Source of the DNA: Parvularia atlantis
Taxonomy: Eukaryota
DNA: 20,000 nt
Assembly (NCBI GenBank): GCA_943704415.1
Contig: CALSCO010001326.1
Coordinates: forward strand, 49,546 to 69,545
Direction of reading: 5' to 3'
Below the pieces are notes generated by a model that worked only from the letters and a program-made list of their open reading frames with translations, searched no databases and was not told the origin of the DNA. The translations under genes and the position numbers were made by a program. Numbering within the stretch: position 1 is the stretch's first letter; each line of letters opens with the position of its first letter. This document shows positions 1 to 10,229 of the stretch, one piece after another.

Positions 1-1839
1 ACGGTGCGCGCCGCAGGCTGCCCGTTCTGCCTCGAAGCGCTGGATGAGGACGCGGGGCGGACGCCTTGCATGCACCCGATCTGCGCGGTGTGCGTGGACA
101 AGACGACCGACGCGCGGCGCAAGTGCCTGTTCCTGCTCAACGAGCAGATCTACTGCCACGCCGATTTCACCCGCGCCGAGCTGCTCCTGCCGCGGCCCGC
201 GCCGGCTTTGCTCGTGCTGTGCCAGTCGTGCGAGGAGGCGCCCGCAACGCACCGCTGCGAGACGTGCGGCGGCGAGTTCTGCGAAGACGAGGCCAAGACG
301 CACCCGCGCGCCAAGACGACCAAGGGCCATGTCGTCAAGCGCAAGCCCGGCGTCGGCCCCGACATGCCGATGTGCTACACGCATCCAGGCAAGCTGGCAA
401 CGCTCTTCTGCGACAGATGCGATCAGATGGCCTGCAACGACTGCATCGCCGCGCCGCATGACGCCCACCCCTTCATCACCGTTGACAAGGGCCTCGAGAA
501 GCAACGCGCGAACCTTGTCAAGCTCGCCGACGAGGTCTTGCCGCACGTCGAGCTCTGCGACAGCGGTCTGCGCGCGGTTGAGGTCAACATCGAGTTCTTG
601 ATCGAGCACAAGAACGCGAGCACGCGCACCGTGGCCGAGTACTTCGACGCCCTCATCAGGCCGCTCGACACCAAGCTGACCGAGCTGCGCAGTCGCAAGT
701 TCGAGCTGACGAAGGAGGTTGAGGATGCCGTGACCGCCGACATCAAGGCGCTGCTTGAGCAGAAGGACTCGCTCCTGCTGGCCAAGGACCACCTCGTGCG
801 CGCGCATGATGGCGCGGCGACCGCGCCGGTCGGCAGCACGATGCACGACACGGTCATGCGCGAGCAAATCATGGCGCGTCTGCGTGTGCTTAAGGCACGC
901 GAGATCAACGCCGAGCCGGTTGTGTGCGTCACAACGGACGTGGCGTTCTCCGTGCCCAATCCGAGCATCGCGGACGTTCTCGACGTGGACGCATCAACTA
1001 TGGGTGCGACCTGGCTGCGCGAGCTGCATGCGCGCAATTACTCGAGCATCGGCGCGCCGGCCAAGACACTGGGCACGGGAAAGGCCGGCGACCCGCCGCA
1101 GAACTTTTACTACCCGGTTGCAATCCAGTTCACGCCGCTGACCAGGCAACTCATCGTGGCCGAGCTGTGCAACAACGCCAGCGTTACCACGCTCTCTCGT
1201 GTGCAGTTCTTCAAGGAGGGCGTCTACGCGCGAAACCTCACTAACAGTCGCAAGGTCTACGGCATCGACATCGCGCCGACGGGCTCGATCTGGATGGCAC
1301 TACAGGACGACAATGTGGTTGAGCTGGTGAATGCTACTACGGGTGCGCGTGAGCGGTCGATCAACTGCAGCCATGCTCGAACGATCGCCGTTCTCGACGA
1401 CGGCTCCCTCCTGGTCGGCTGCTACAACTCAAGCACGGTCATACGCTTCAACGCCGACGGGTCGCAGCGCTGGTCTTCGCGCGGCAACGCCAACTTGGGC
1501 TATGTCACCGGTGTCGTCGCCATCGCCTCGTGGAACCTTGCCGTCTGCTGCGACAATAAGAACAACCGTCTGCAGGTACTCGCGCTCGATACGGGCGCGT
1601 TTATCCGCGTCATCGCCGAGGGACAGGTAGCGGGGCCGAGCGGCCTGGCGTGGGACAGTTGTGCGCGCGTGCTGGTCGTGGGCGAGAAGGACAAGGTCTC
1701 GGCCTGGACGCTCGAGGGCATCCGCGTGCACGTCTGGGCCCAGGGCCTCGTCTCGGACGCGCGCGGTGTGGCCATCTCGCCGCTGGACGGCACCATCGCC
1801 GTGACGAGCTTCAACTCGCACAAGGTTCTCCTGTTTTGA
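1..1839 (+). CDS. TRIM-like protein: RING, B-box, B-box, coiled coil, NHL/beta-propeller-like C-terminus; probably 5'-truncated by the window; intronless
   Basis: Frame is open from base 1 to TGA at 1837-1839. RING-like CPFC...CMHPICAVC...C...C; B-box1-like CQSCEEAPATHRCETCGGEFCEDEAKTH; B-box2 CYTHPGKLATLFCDRCDQMACNDCIAAPHDAH; helical coiled-coil segment; NHL-like repeats (FYYPVAIQF, VYGIDIAPTG, CDNKNNRLQV, GPSGLAWD, ARGVAISPLDGTIAVTSFNSHKV). Confidence 0.85.
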   Translation, partial: TVRAAGCPFCLEALDEDAGRTPCMHPICAVCVDKTTDARRKCLFLLNEQIYCHADFTRAELLLPRPAPALLVLCQSCEEAPATHRCETCGGEFCEDEAKTHPRAKTTKGHVVKRKPGVGPDMPMCYTHPGKLATLFCDRCDQMACNDCIAAPHDAHPFITVDKGLEKQRANLVKLADEVLPHVELCDSGLRAVEVNIEFLIEHKNASTRTVAEYFDALIRPLDTKLTELRSRKFELTKEVEDAVTADIKALLEQKDSLLLAKDHLVRAHDGAATAPVGSTMHDTVMREQIMARLRVLKAREINAEPVVCVTTDVAFSVPNPSIADVLDVDASTMGATWLRELHARNYSSIGAPAKTLGTGKAGDPPQNFYYPVAIQFTPLTRQLIVAELCNNASVTTLSRVQFFKEGVYARNLTNSRKVYGIDIAPTGSIWMALQDDNVVELVNATTGARERSINCSHARTIAVLDDGSLLVGCYNSSTVIRFNADGSQRWSSRGNANLGYVTGVVAIASWNLAVCCDNKNNRLQVLALDTGAFIRVIAEGQVAGPSGLAWDSCARVLVVGEKDKVSAWTLEGIRVHVWAQGLVSDARGVAISPLDGTIAVTSFNSHKVLLF

Positions 1840-1905
1840 CCCATCTCTGTCGTTTGAGCGCGCAATGAGAGTTCCACATGCGAGACACGCAGGGAGCGGG
1901 CGGGC

Positions 1906-2245
1906 TCAGATCTCCATCGTTGTGCGCTGGCGCGCTTCCCGCCGCGCGACCCAGAGCTGGCACAGCGAGAAGAAGAGGTAGGCGGCGTAGATGGCCGCAG
2001 CGATGTAGCAGGCCTGGGCTGTTGCGAGCGCGTCCTTGGGCACCTTGCCCTCGGGGCCCTCGGTCAGCTCGGGCAGCTCCGAGCCAAACGCCGCGCCGAG
2101 GCCGATCTAGTCACACGGGCGCACGCGGCGTGAGGGTGAGCAGGCAGGTCACGCGGTGCAACGGGCCGCTCACCAGGAAGATGATGCCGGCGATGCTGAA
2201 GATGACGCAGCAGGTCGCGCACGACGGCTTGCAGACGAGGTACAT
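1906..2245 (-). CDS. RNASEK: RNase kappa / V-ATPase V0 subunit f, 2 exons (2245-2174, 2106-1906), 90 aa
   Basis: Spliced product MYLVCKPSCATCCVIFSIAGIIFL|IGLGAAFGSELPELTEGPEGKVPKDALATAQACYIAAAIYAAYLFFSLCQLWVARREARQRTTMEI. Two transmembrane segments with the family C-x-P...C and CxIAAxxY...FSxCQ patterns. GT-AG intron 2107-2173. Not called correctly by the ORF track. Confidence 0.85.
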
Positions 2246-2582
2246 GGCCGCGGGGCGTGGAGGCGCGGCGCACGGCGGCCCTGCACTGCGCTGCGCGGCG
2301 CGTGAGCAGCGGCAGTTGGACGTCGACGCAGAGTGTGGCGTGGCGCGGGTGCCGGTGATCACCCGGCGCGGTCACGCGCGGCGCGGGTGCGTCACACACG
2401 CGGCGAGCACGTGCGCGCACACGGCACAGGCAGCGCGACGCGCGACGCGCGCGGCAGGGCAGTGGCAGAGGGCGCGCGAAGGCACCGAGCGGCAGCACGC
2501 AGAGGACGTTCACTCGGCAGAACTGCGCGGAGTCTTCGAGAGCGTTCTGGATATGGCGCCTTTTCGAGCAACTTCCACCAGC
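2246..2582. promoter_or_regulatory. Putative bidirectional promoter RNASEK/hnRNP-like gene
   Basis: 337 nt between divergent start codons; positional inference only. Confidence 0.45.
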
Positions 2583-5013
2583 ATGGCCGCGGACGGGTGC
2601 GGCGCCTTCTCGCGTCCCGAGCGCGCGCGCCTCTGCCGTGCTGACGCGCCGCGCCGCCTCCCGCAGCAAGCTGTTTGTCGGGGGGATCAGCTGGGACACG
2701 ACCGACGGTGCGCGCGCGTGCTGCCGGCCGGGCGGCGCGCTCAGGGGAGGCGGGGGAGGGGCGCTCACAACGACGCGCCGCGCCGGCAGAGACGCTCAAA
2801 CAGTACTTCCTGCGCTACGGCGACGTCTTCGACGCGGTTGTCATGCGCGAGCCCGGCACTGGGCGCTCGCGCGGCTTCGGCTTCGTTACCTTCGTCGACC
2901 CGGCCTCGTGCGACCGCGTCCTGCGCGAGAAGCACGTCATTGACGGCAAGACGGTGGGCGAGCGCGCGCGCTCGTCGCACAACGCTCGGACGCTGACGGC
3001 CGGCCGCGCGCGCAGGTCGACCCGAAGCGCGCCGTGCCGCGCGACCAGATCGCCACGCAGCCACACACGCGCGCGCCGGTGCCGGCCGTCGCGAGCGTCG
3101 GCGTCGGGCTCGCCAGCGGGAACGGCAGCGACTACGGGCCGACGGGCGGCGGGGCAGGAGGCGGAGGAGGGGGCGGCGGCGACGTTTACGCGCGCAAGAT
3201 ATTTGTGGGCGGCATCGCGCAGTCGACGACGGAGGACGTGCTGCGCGAGTATTTTGAGCAGGTGTGCTCTCGTGCGCTCTCGTGCGGCTGGTTGACTGAA
3301 GCGAGCGCACGCGCAGTACGGCGAGGTCGAGGAGGTGCTGCTCATGATCGACAAGGCGACGATGCGCACGCGCGGCTTCGCCTTTGTCACGTTCGACTCG
3401 GAGGACGCGGTCGAGCGCGCGGTCGAGCGGCGCATGCATGAGATAGACAACAAACCCGTGCGTCTGAGCGCGCTCGCTCCAGCCGCTGCCATCGCGCTCA
3501 CTCCGCATGCGCGCCAGAACGTCGAGGTCAAGCGCGCCGAGCCGAAGGGCTTCCGCTCCGTAAACAGCGGCGGCAGCGGCGGCGGGCAGCCCGTGCCGGC
3601 GGCCTGGCGCTCGAGCTTCGCGGTGCCGTACGTCGGCGACGGCGGGGGTGCGTGCTCGCCGGGCTGTGCCCTGTGCGGGGTGCTGGCGCAGGGTGCGGTT
3701 GGTTCGCGGTCGGGACGCACATTTATAGAGAAGGTCGCACTCTCACCGACGTGCGCACCTTGTGGACGTATGTGCAACAGCAGAGGGCTCGCTCTAGGCT
3801 CGTGCCTATCCCCTCGCGGGAACGGCGGCGCGGGTGTCCGGCGGGCCGCACAGCAGTTAACCCCTTCCCACCTCCGCTCACTCTCTCTGTGCCTGCCCTG
3901 TCGGTGGCTGACACGCGGGTGTGGGCACAGGACGCGGCTACGGCAGCCCCGGCGGCTATGGCGTGGTGCGCAGCCACGTGACGCGCGCACAATCGAGGCT
4001 GACGCGCGCGCCGCACGCAGCCGCCGACACAGTCGTCCTACGCGGTGCCGTACGGCGCGGGTGGGGCCGGTGTGGTGCCTCAGCGTGCTGCAAAGCGCGC
4101 AGGCCGGCTGACGCGCGCACGCAGGGTACGACTACGAGTCATCGTTCTACACCGTCGGCCCGGGCGCGCTCGGCGGCTTTGCCGGCGCGGCAGGCCTCGC
4201 CACCCGCCCGACGTCGAGCCTTGCCGTGCCGTACCAGGGCTACGGTGACCTCGGCTGGCCGTGGGCGTGGCCGTGGCTGATTGGCACGTACCACGCCGTC
4301 GCCGCAGCCGCATCGGCTGGGTTCGCACCGGGCTACGTCGCACCGGGCGCAGCGCCCTCGTACGCCGCTGCCTACGGTACGCGCACGCCTACATCGCCTG
4401 CGCTTGCTGCTGGCTGCTGACGCGTCGCGGGCGCAGACGCCAGTGCAGCGAGCGCGGCGCAGCTCAGCCCTGTGCCGCGCGTGCGAGGTGCGCGCTCGGT
4501 GCATCTTCGCGCGTTCTGCGCGTGACACCTGCCCGGCGCACAGCATTGCACGGCGCCATCGGCAGTGGGTACCAGGACCCCTACTACGGCAGCGCGGGCG
4601 CGTCCGACCTGGGGAGCGGCGAGTTTGACGAGCCGCAGGCGGGCGCGGTGCCGCGGGCGGCGGGCGAGTACGACGGTGCGCGCGAGGTGGCGGCTGTGCT
4701 GCGTCGCGGTCTCACTACTCCGCAGCCGACGAGTACAGCGACATCTACGCCGATAGCGACGCGGCCGACGCAGGAGGGGCAGCGGCGGCGGCGGCACCAC
4801 CAGCACCCTACGGTGCGGTCGCATCCTTTCCCCTCCCGCTCGCGTACTACGTGCGCGTGCCGGGGACGGGCCTCATCGCGCTGCACCCCCCGCTCGCGCT
4901 CGTCAGCCCCGTCTCTGGCAGCCCGGGGCCCGTCGCCGCCTTCGGCGTCCCAGTCGGCGGCGCGGACGGCATCGGCGCGCTTCCAGCCCTACACGCGCCA
5001 GCCGAGTAGCTAG
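2583..5013 (+). CDS. Two-RRM RNA-binding protein (hnRNP A/D, Musashi/DAZAP1/Hrp1-like) with Gly/Tyr/Ala/Pro-rich low-complexity tail; multi-exon
   Basis: RRM1 KLFVGGISWDTT...RSRGFGFVTF...KHVIDGKT|VDPKRAVPR; RRM2 KIFVGGIAQSTTEDVLREYFEQ|YGEV...RTRGFAFVTF...HEIDNKP|NVEVKRAEPK; C-terminal RFQPY PY-NLS-like motif before TAG 5011-5013. Exon boundaries in the tail are less certain. Confidence 0.9.
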
Positions 5014-5035
5014 TGTTCATTATGTATATCGCAAG

Positions 5036-6496
5036 ATGGTACCTGTACACAGCCTGCCGTGTCGCATCCGACGCACCGGCGCCGCCGCCGTCGGCCGCTA
5101 CTTCCGCGCGCGCGATACCGGGCCGGACGGCGCGTGGGCGGCACGCTTCCGTGGGCGCGCGCTCGTCGGCCGCCGCATGGCCGTGCCGCCGGGCTACGCC
5201 GGGCTCGTGCTGCGCGAGCGCTTGCTGCCGGGCCGCGGCCGCAAGCGCGCGGTGCACGACGACGACGACGACGACGACGAGGCGCGCACTTGGGCCGCCG
5301 CGGCCGCGTTCGACGCGTTCGTGTGCTGGGAGCACGACACGGCGCCCCTGCGCGACCATCCGCTGCTGCGCGTCGCAGAATGGACGGCGCTGGCTGCGGC
5401 GGTGCGGCCACCCATGCCCCGATCGGCCTGCTGACGCGCCCCGCGCCCGCCGCAGCTGCACGGCCGCGCCGACGTCGACTCGCGCAACGACCCGGCCGAC
5501 GTCGCCGCCGCGTTCGCGCCGCCGATGGACGGGCAGACGCAGTGGGTCGCGATCAAGCCCGGTGCGCGCAGCGCAGCACGACGCTTGGTATCGGCGCGTG
5601 CTGACGCGGGAAGAGCAGGGACCGGCCCTGCGCGCTCGTTCCGCCTGCCGCACCCGCGTACCGGGCGGCCCGCGCGCTTCTTCCTGCAGGACGACGACTG
5701 CACGCTGCTTGAGGCGCAGAGCGTTAGCACGCGCGAGCAGTCGTGGTTCGTGGGCGACTCGGTGCAGGAGGACGGGCGCCTCGTGCTGCTCACGCCGATG
5801 CACCCGGTCTTCCTCCTGATCGGCGCCCTCGCTCGCGCACGGCACCCGCCCTCGCGCCGCGAGCCCGCGGGCGACGGCGTGTTTGTGACGCTGGACCAGC
5901 TCCTAACCGACGCCGACACGGCCGAGCTGCGGCAGCTGCAGTCTGTGGCGCAGCTGGACGAGCTCGAGCGCGTGTGCGACGTCAAAAGCGTGCACGACAT
6001 GGTCCTGTACCGGCTCAACGACGCCAAGCTGCTCGCGTGGCTCAAGGGTGCGCTCGCTCTTTGCAGGGGCTCGCTCCCGTCTGATGCCTGTGAGCGCACA
6101 GAGCGCGTGCAGGCCGTGGCCGCCGCGGTGACCAGCGCAGGCGTGCTCGAGCATCACCCGACGGCCGGCACCCTCGAGCTCGCGCTCAACCTTGTGCTGT
6201 CGTACCTGGACGAGGCGTGGGCCGCGCGGCTGCAGGACGACGCCGACTACGCGATGCTCGCGCCGCCGCCGCCCGCAGCCGCGCCCACAGCAGCGCCCGC
6301 CGTCGCGGCAGACGAGGCCGCACCCGACGAGGCGTCGCCGTCGCAGCCCGCGGCCAAGAAGCGGCGCCTGACGGGCAAGGTGCGTCTGCGCCACTGGCCT
6401 GTTGATGGTGCGCTGACCCTGCCCGCACAGGCGGCCGCTGCGGCGACGTCGGCCAAGGGCATGAAGCCGCTGTCGTCGTTCTTCAAGCCGGCGTGA
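5036..6496 (+). CDS. RNASEH2C-RNASEH2B: Ribonuclease H2 subunit C - subunit B in-frame fusion (exons 5036-5401, 5456-5561, 5619-6047, 6102-6379, 6431-6496; 414 aa)
   Basis: H2C motifs: VHSLPCRI, VGRYF, FRGRALVG, VPPGYAGLVL, FDAFVCWEHD, WTALAAA|LH. H2B motifs: LPHPRTG, QSWFVGDSVQEDGRLVLLTPMHPVFLLI, YRLNDAKLLAWL, and C-terminal PIP box GMKPLSSFF. No stop codon between the two after removing intron 5402-5455. Confidence 0.8.
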
Positions 6497-6545
6497 GCTT
6501 TTCGGCAAGAACTCTGTGTGTGTCAACAACGCAGCAGCAGCAGCT

Positions 6546-7354
6546 TCACTGCACCACGCAGCCCGCCGACTTGGCCGGCTGCGGGTTGGACGCCTTCTCG
6601 ATCTCGTTGAGGATGTCCTCGAAGATGGCGGCTGCGTGCGTGCGCGGGGCGTCAGGGCCGCGGGCCGCCAGACAGACACGAGCGAACGAGTACGCACTGA
6701 TGTTTTGGTTGAGCTTGGCCGAGGCCTCGAGGTGGACGCAGTTCCACTCGGCCGCGAGCTTCTGCGCCTCCTCGGTGCGTACTTGCCTGTGTGCACGTTT
6801 GCGAGTGAGCGATGCGCGCCACAAAGCGAGCGTGCCGCACCGCTGGTGCTCGAGGTCGCACTTGTTGCCGACGAGGACGATGGGCACCCAGTTGGTCCCG
6901 GTCGAGTCGAGGATCTTCTCGCGGATGACCTTGCAGTTCTCGAGGCTGGACCGGGCCGTGATCGAGTACACGAGGATGTACCCGTGCACGCCCACGGCGT
7001 GCTTCGAGTTCATGAGCGAGTACTCGTCCTGGCCGCCGTCTCGGCGCTCAGTGGTGTGCGCGCGCGCTCACACGGCCCGCAACGACGCACCTGCCCGGCC
7101 GTGTCGATGATCTCCGTCTGGAACTCCTGCCCGCGGTACTTGATCACCTTCGTGAACGTGTTCTCGATCGTCGGGTAGTACGAGTCGACAAAGTGGCTCT
7201 CCACAAACTGGATCGTCAGCGACGACTTGCCTGGTGGCGTCGCGGCGCCGCGGCGCCCGCCGTCAGGCAGCAGACGGCGGAGAGGCGACGGCGCGCGCGC
7301 ACCGACGGCGCGGAAGCCGAGCACGGCGATGCGGCGAGTCTTGGGCGACGCCAT
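6546..7354 (-). CDS. RHEB: Rheb small GTPase (TORC1 activator), multi-exon
   Basis: G1 GFRAVGKS with the Rheb-diagnostic Arg; effector region FVDSYYPTIENTF; DTAGQDEYS; NKCD; EASAK; CaaX end CVVQ. Confidence 0.95.
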
Positions 7355-7542
7355 GGCTGTGCGGCGCGGCGGGCGTCAGGCGCGGTAAGGGTCGGAGGAC
7401 GGTCGGCAAGGCGCAGCTGTGGTCGCGCAGCGTGCCGCAGCACTAAAGTCCAAGTGAGCGGGGTATATACAGTGACCCGTCTCTGATCCGTTCCTTCTCT
7501 GGCACGCAGAAGCTAGTGCACACATCACGCGGGGGGGGCGCT

Positions 7543-10229
7543 TCACGCAAAGTACGCCTCGGCCTTGCGCACGAGGTCGTCCTTCTTGTCGGTCGAGGCG
7601 GCCTTGACGCCGACGCCCTGCGGCGCGGCGCACACGCGATGATGAGCACGAGCGAGCGCGCTTGGAACGCCGCGCACCTTGAGAAAGTCCTTGAGCTCGG
7701 CGATCGTCAGCTTGCCCACCGAGCCGTTCGCGACCATCTGCTTCACGTCGTCCTCCGTCACGGGCGCCTTGACCTTCTTCGCCCGCCCGCCCGCGCTCGC
7801 CGCGCCGTCCTCGCCGTCCGCGCTCGCGGCCGCCTTGCGCTTGCCTGTGCGAGCGCGCACATCTGTCTCAGCCGGCAGCAGCCCAACGCAACGCAGCGCA
7901 AACGCACTCGCTGCGGTCGTGCGCGACGCCGCGGTCCCGCGCACCTCGGGCGTCCACCCGTCGGGGAAGGCGCCCTGCAGGAACGCGTCGATGGCCGGCC
8001 CCGCGCGCGCCTGCATGCTATCGATCTGCGGCATCGTCGCGTCGGCGATCTCCTCCGGCACGTCCTGGTTGAGCGCGATCAGCTGCAGCGTCTGGTAGTG
8101 CCGTTGCAGGGCTGTGCGCCGCGTGAGCCGGCGACACCACAGCCGCACTCTCGCGCGACGCACTCGGGTTCTCGACCGCCACCCAGCCCTTGAGCGTCAG
8201 CTTCTTCACGATCGCCTGGAAGCGCCGCACGTCGTCGTCCTTCGCTGCGGCCGCGGTCGGTCAGACGCGGACGGTGTGCGACGGGCGCCGGGGCGCACCC
8301 TTGTTGACGGGCTCGTGCGCGAGCTTGCGGATGTCGTCGTTGAACGGCAGGTAGACGATGTGCATCCCCGGCGGCTTCTTCTGCACGCCCGTCGCGCTCA
8401 CCTCCTCGCGCTGCTCCCCCGCGCGCGCGCTCAGCGAGGCGGCGCGCACATCGCACGCGGACGGCGCACCTGCGGGATCAGTGCGACGAAGCGCGGCAGC
8501 GTGTGGCTGCGCGCGATCAGCCGGCAGATCGCCACCTTGTCCTTGCGCAGCAGGCTCTCGATCAGCGCCGCAAACACGGTCGACGACCCGCGCACGTCCT
8601 GCCACCGCGCTCAGCCCCGCGTGGTCGCCGTGCCCAGGCGGTGCGCACGTGGTCGTTCGGGTAGATGAACGGCCCGGCCTTGAGGAAGTGCTTGCGGTGC
8701 ACGGCGCTCCGCGGCTTGAAGCCCATGAGCACGAGGCCTTTGAGCGTGTCAGACCGCGCCGCACAGCACACGCGAGCACGCGCGCGCGCACCGGGCTCGC
8801 CAACCGTGCGCAGCTTGCTCAGCTCGTCCGTTTCAAACACGACCTGCCGCCCCGCGCGCGTCACACACAATGCGCACAGACGCCGCCGTTCGCCGCACCC
8901 GCTCGCCGCCGTACTCGATGTAGCTGCGCAGGTCCTTGCGGCTCACGATCTGGCCGGTCGTCTGCCGGCGCCGCGCGTCACGCACGGCCTCGCGTGCGCG
9001 CGCAGCAAGCGACCGCACGCACGCACGTTGGTGACGTACTTTGTGAGCGCCTTGACCTCGGCGTTCTGCGCCATCGGGTCCATGTACGTGAACGCGCCCT
9101 TCTTCGCCTCGCCCACGAGGTTGAAGCTGCGCCGGCCGTGAGCGTTGCGACCCGCCAGGGCGCACGCAGCGGACGCACACGCGCACGGCGATCTCCATCT
9201 TGTTGCTGAGGAAGAACGGCAGGCGCGCCATCGTGCGCTTCTTGTACTCCTTCTTGCGCAGCTGGTCGAAGATCTGGTCGAGCTTGTCGGCGCCGGCGGG
9301 ATAGTGGTCGGCCATGTCGTCCTCGTCGATCGAGAGGATTTGCTGGCAGAGGCGGTCGCGTCAAGCGCTTCTGCTGTGTGCGGTTTCGGCGGCGCGCACC
9401 GCGTAAAACTTGGCGACGTCAAACTTGTGCCCGGGCCGGTTCATCGAGAACAGCTCGATTTCAATGCCCAGCTCGGCCAGGTCCTGCGCCTTCCGCTTGG
9501 CCGTCGTCTGGTCCTGCGCGTCGCCCGCGTTCGGGTCGTCGTTGTTGGTGAAGAAGAAGATGCGCTTGCTGCCGACCTTGATGGCGCTGCGCTTTGCGGT
9601 CAGCGCGCGCGACGCGGGTGCGCGCTGCGCCGCACCACTTGGAGAAGAGCATCGAGGCCGCCCAGAGCACCTTCTCGAGCGACGGGATCTGCTGCGCGTG
9701 CCCGATCGTCTTCGCAAACACGGCCGGGTCTGCTCGCAGTCGCGCTCAGCCCGTGCGATTGGCGCGGTCGAGGGGGGCGACCCCACACCCTGCAGCTGCT
9801 CCAGCTGGCTCACGCCGGGCGCGTCGGGCACGCCGAGCTCCTGAACGACGTGTAGCCCGTCGAAGCTGTGGTCGTTCTTGGCGTTGGCCTGCGCGCGCCG
9901 AGCGCGGCGTGGGCGATGCACGGGCGATGCGCATCGGTGGCGGCACGCACGGCGCCGAAGAACATGACGCCGACAAGGTCGTCCACGCCCGCGATGATCT
10001 TGTTCTGGTACACGCGACTCGCGCCACGCAGGGCGCATCGGAGCGGGCTGTCGCCGCCGTCCACGGCCGGCTCGAGCATGTCCTCGGAGCAGTCGATGGC
10101 GAAGAGGATCGAGTCCTTGTTGAGCCAGCGCGTCTCCTCCGTGTCGTCCGCCCGGTCGTCGTCGTCCTGCTCCTCGTCCTCGCCGGCCTCGTCCTCGTCC
10201 TCGTCGCGTCCGCCCCACGACGCAGACAT
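7543..10229 (-). CDS. XRCC6: Ku70 NHEJ DNA-end-binding subunit, multi-exon
   Basis: Acidic N-terminus then vWA DSILFAIDCSEDM; KIIAGVDDLVGVMFFG; KRIFFFTNNDDP; AQDLAELGIEIELFSM; GLVLMGFKP; PPGMHIVYLPFNDDIR; ENP/LQRHYQTLQLIAL; C-terminal SAP domain GKLTIAELKDFLK...KKDDLV. Confidence 0.95.

Noticed and set aside
1878..2996. 372-aa + strand ORF and many other long Arg/Ala/Pro-rich ORFs in the track
   Set aside because: Shadow ORFs caused by high GC and scarce stop codons; they overlap recognisable spliced genes and show no domain motifs.
5257..5280. GAC trinucleotide run
   Set aside because: Encodes the acidic variable loop of RNase H2C; not an independent element.
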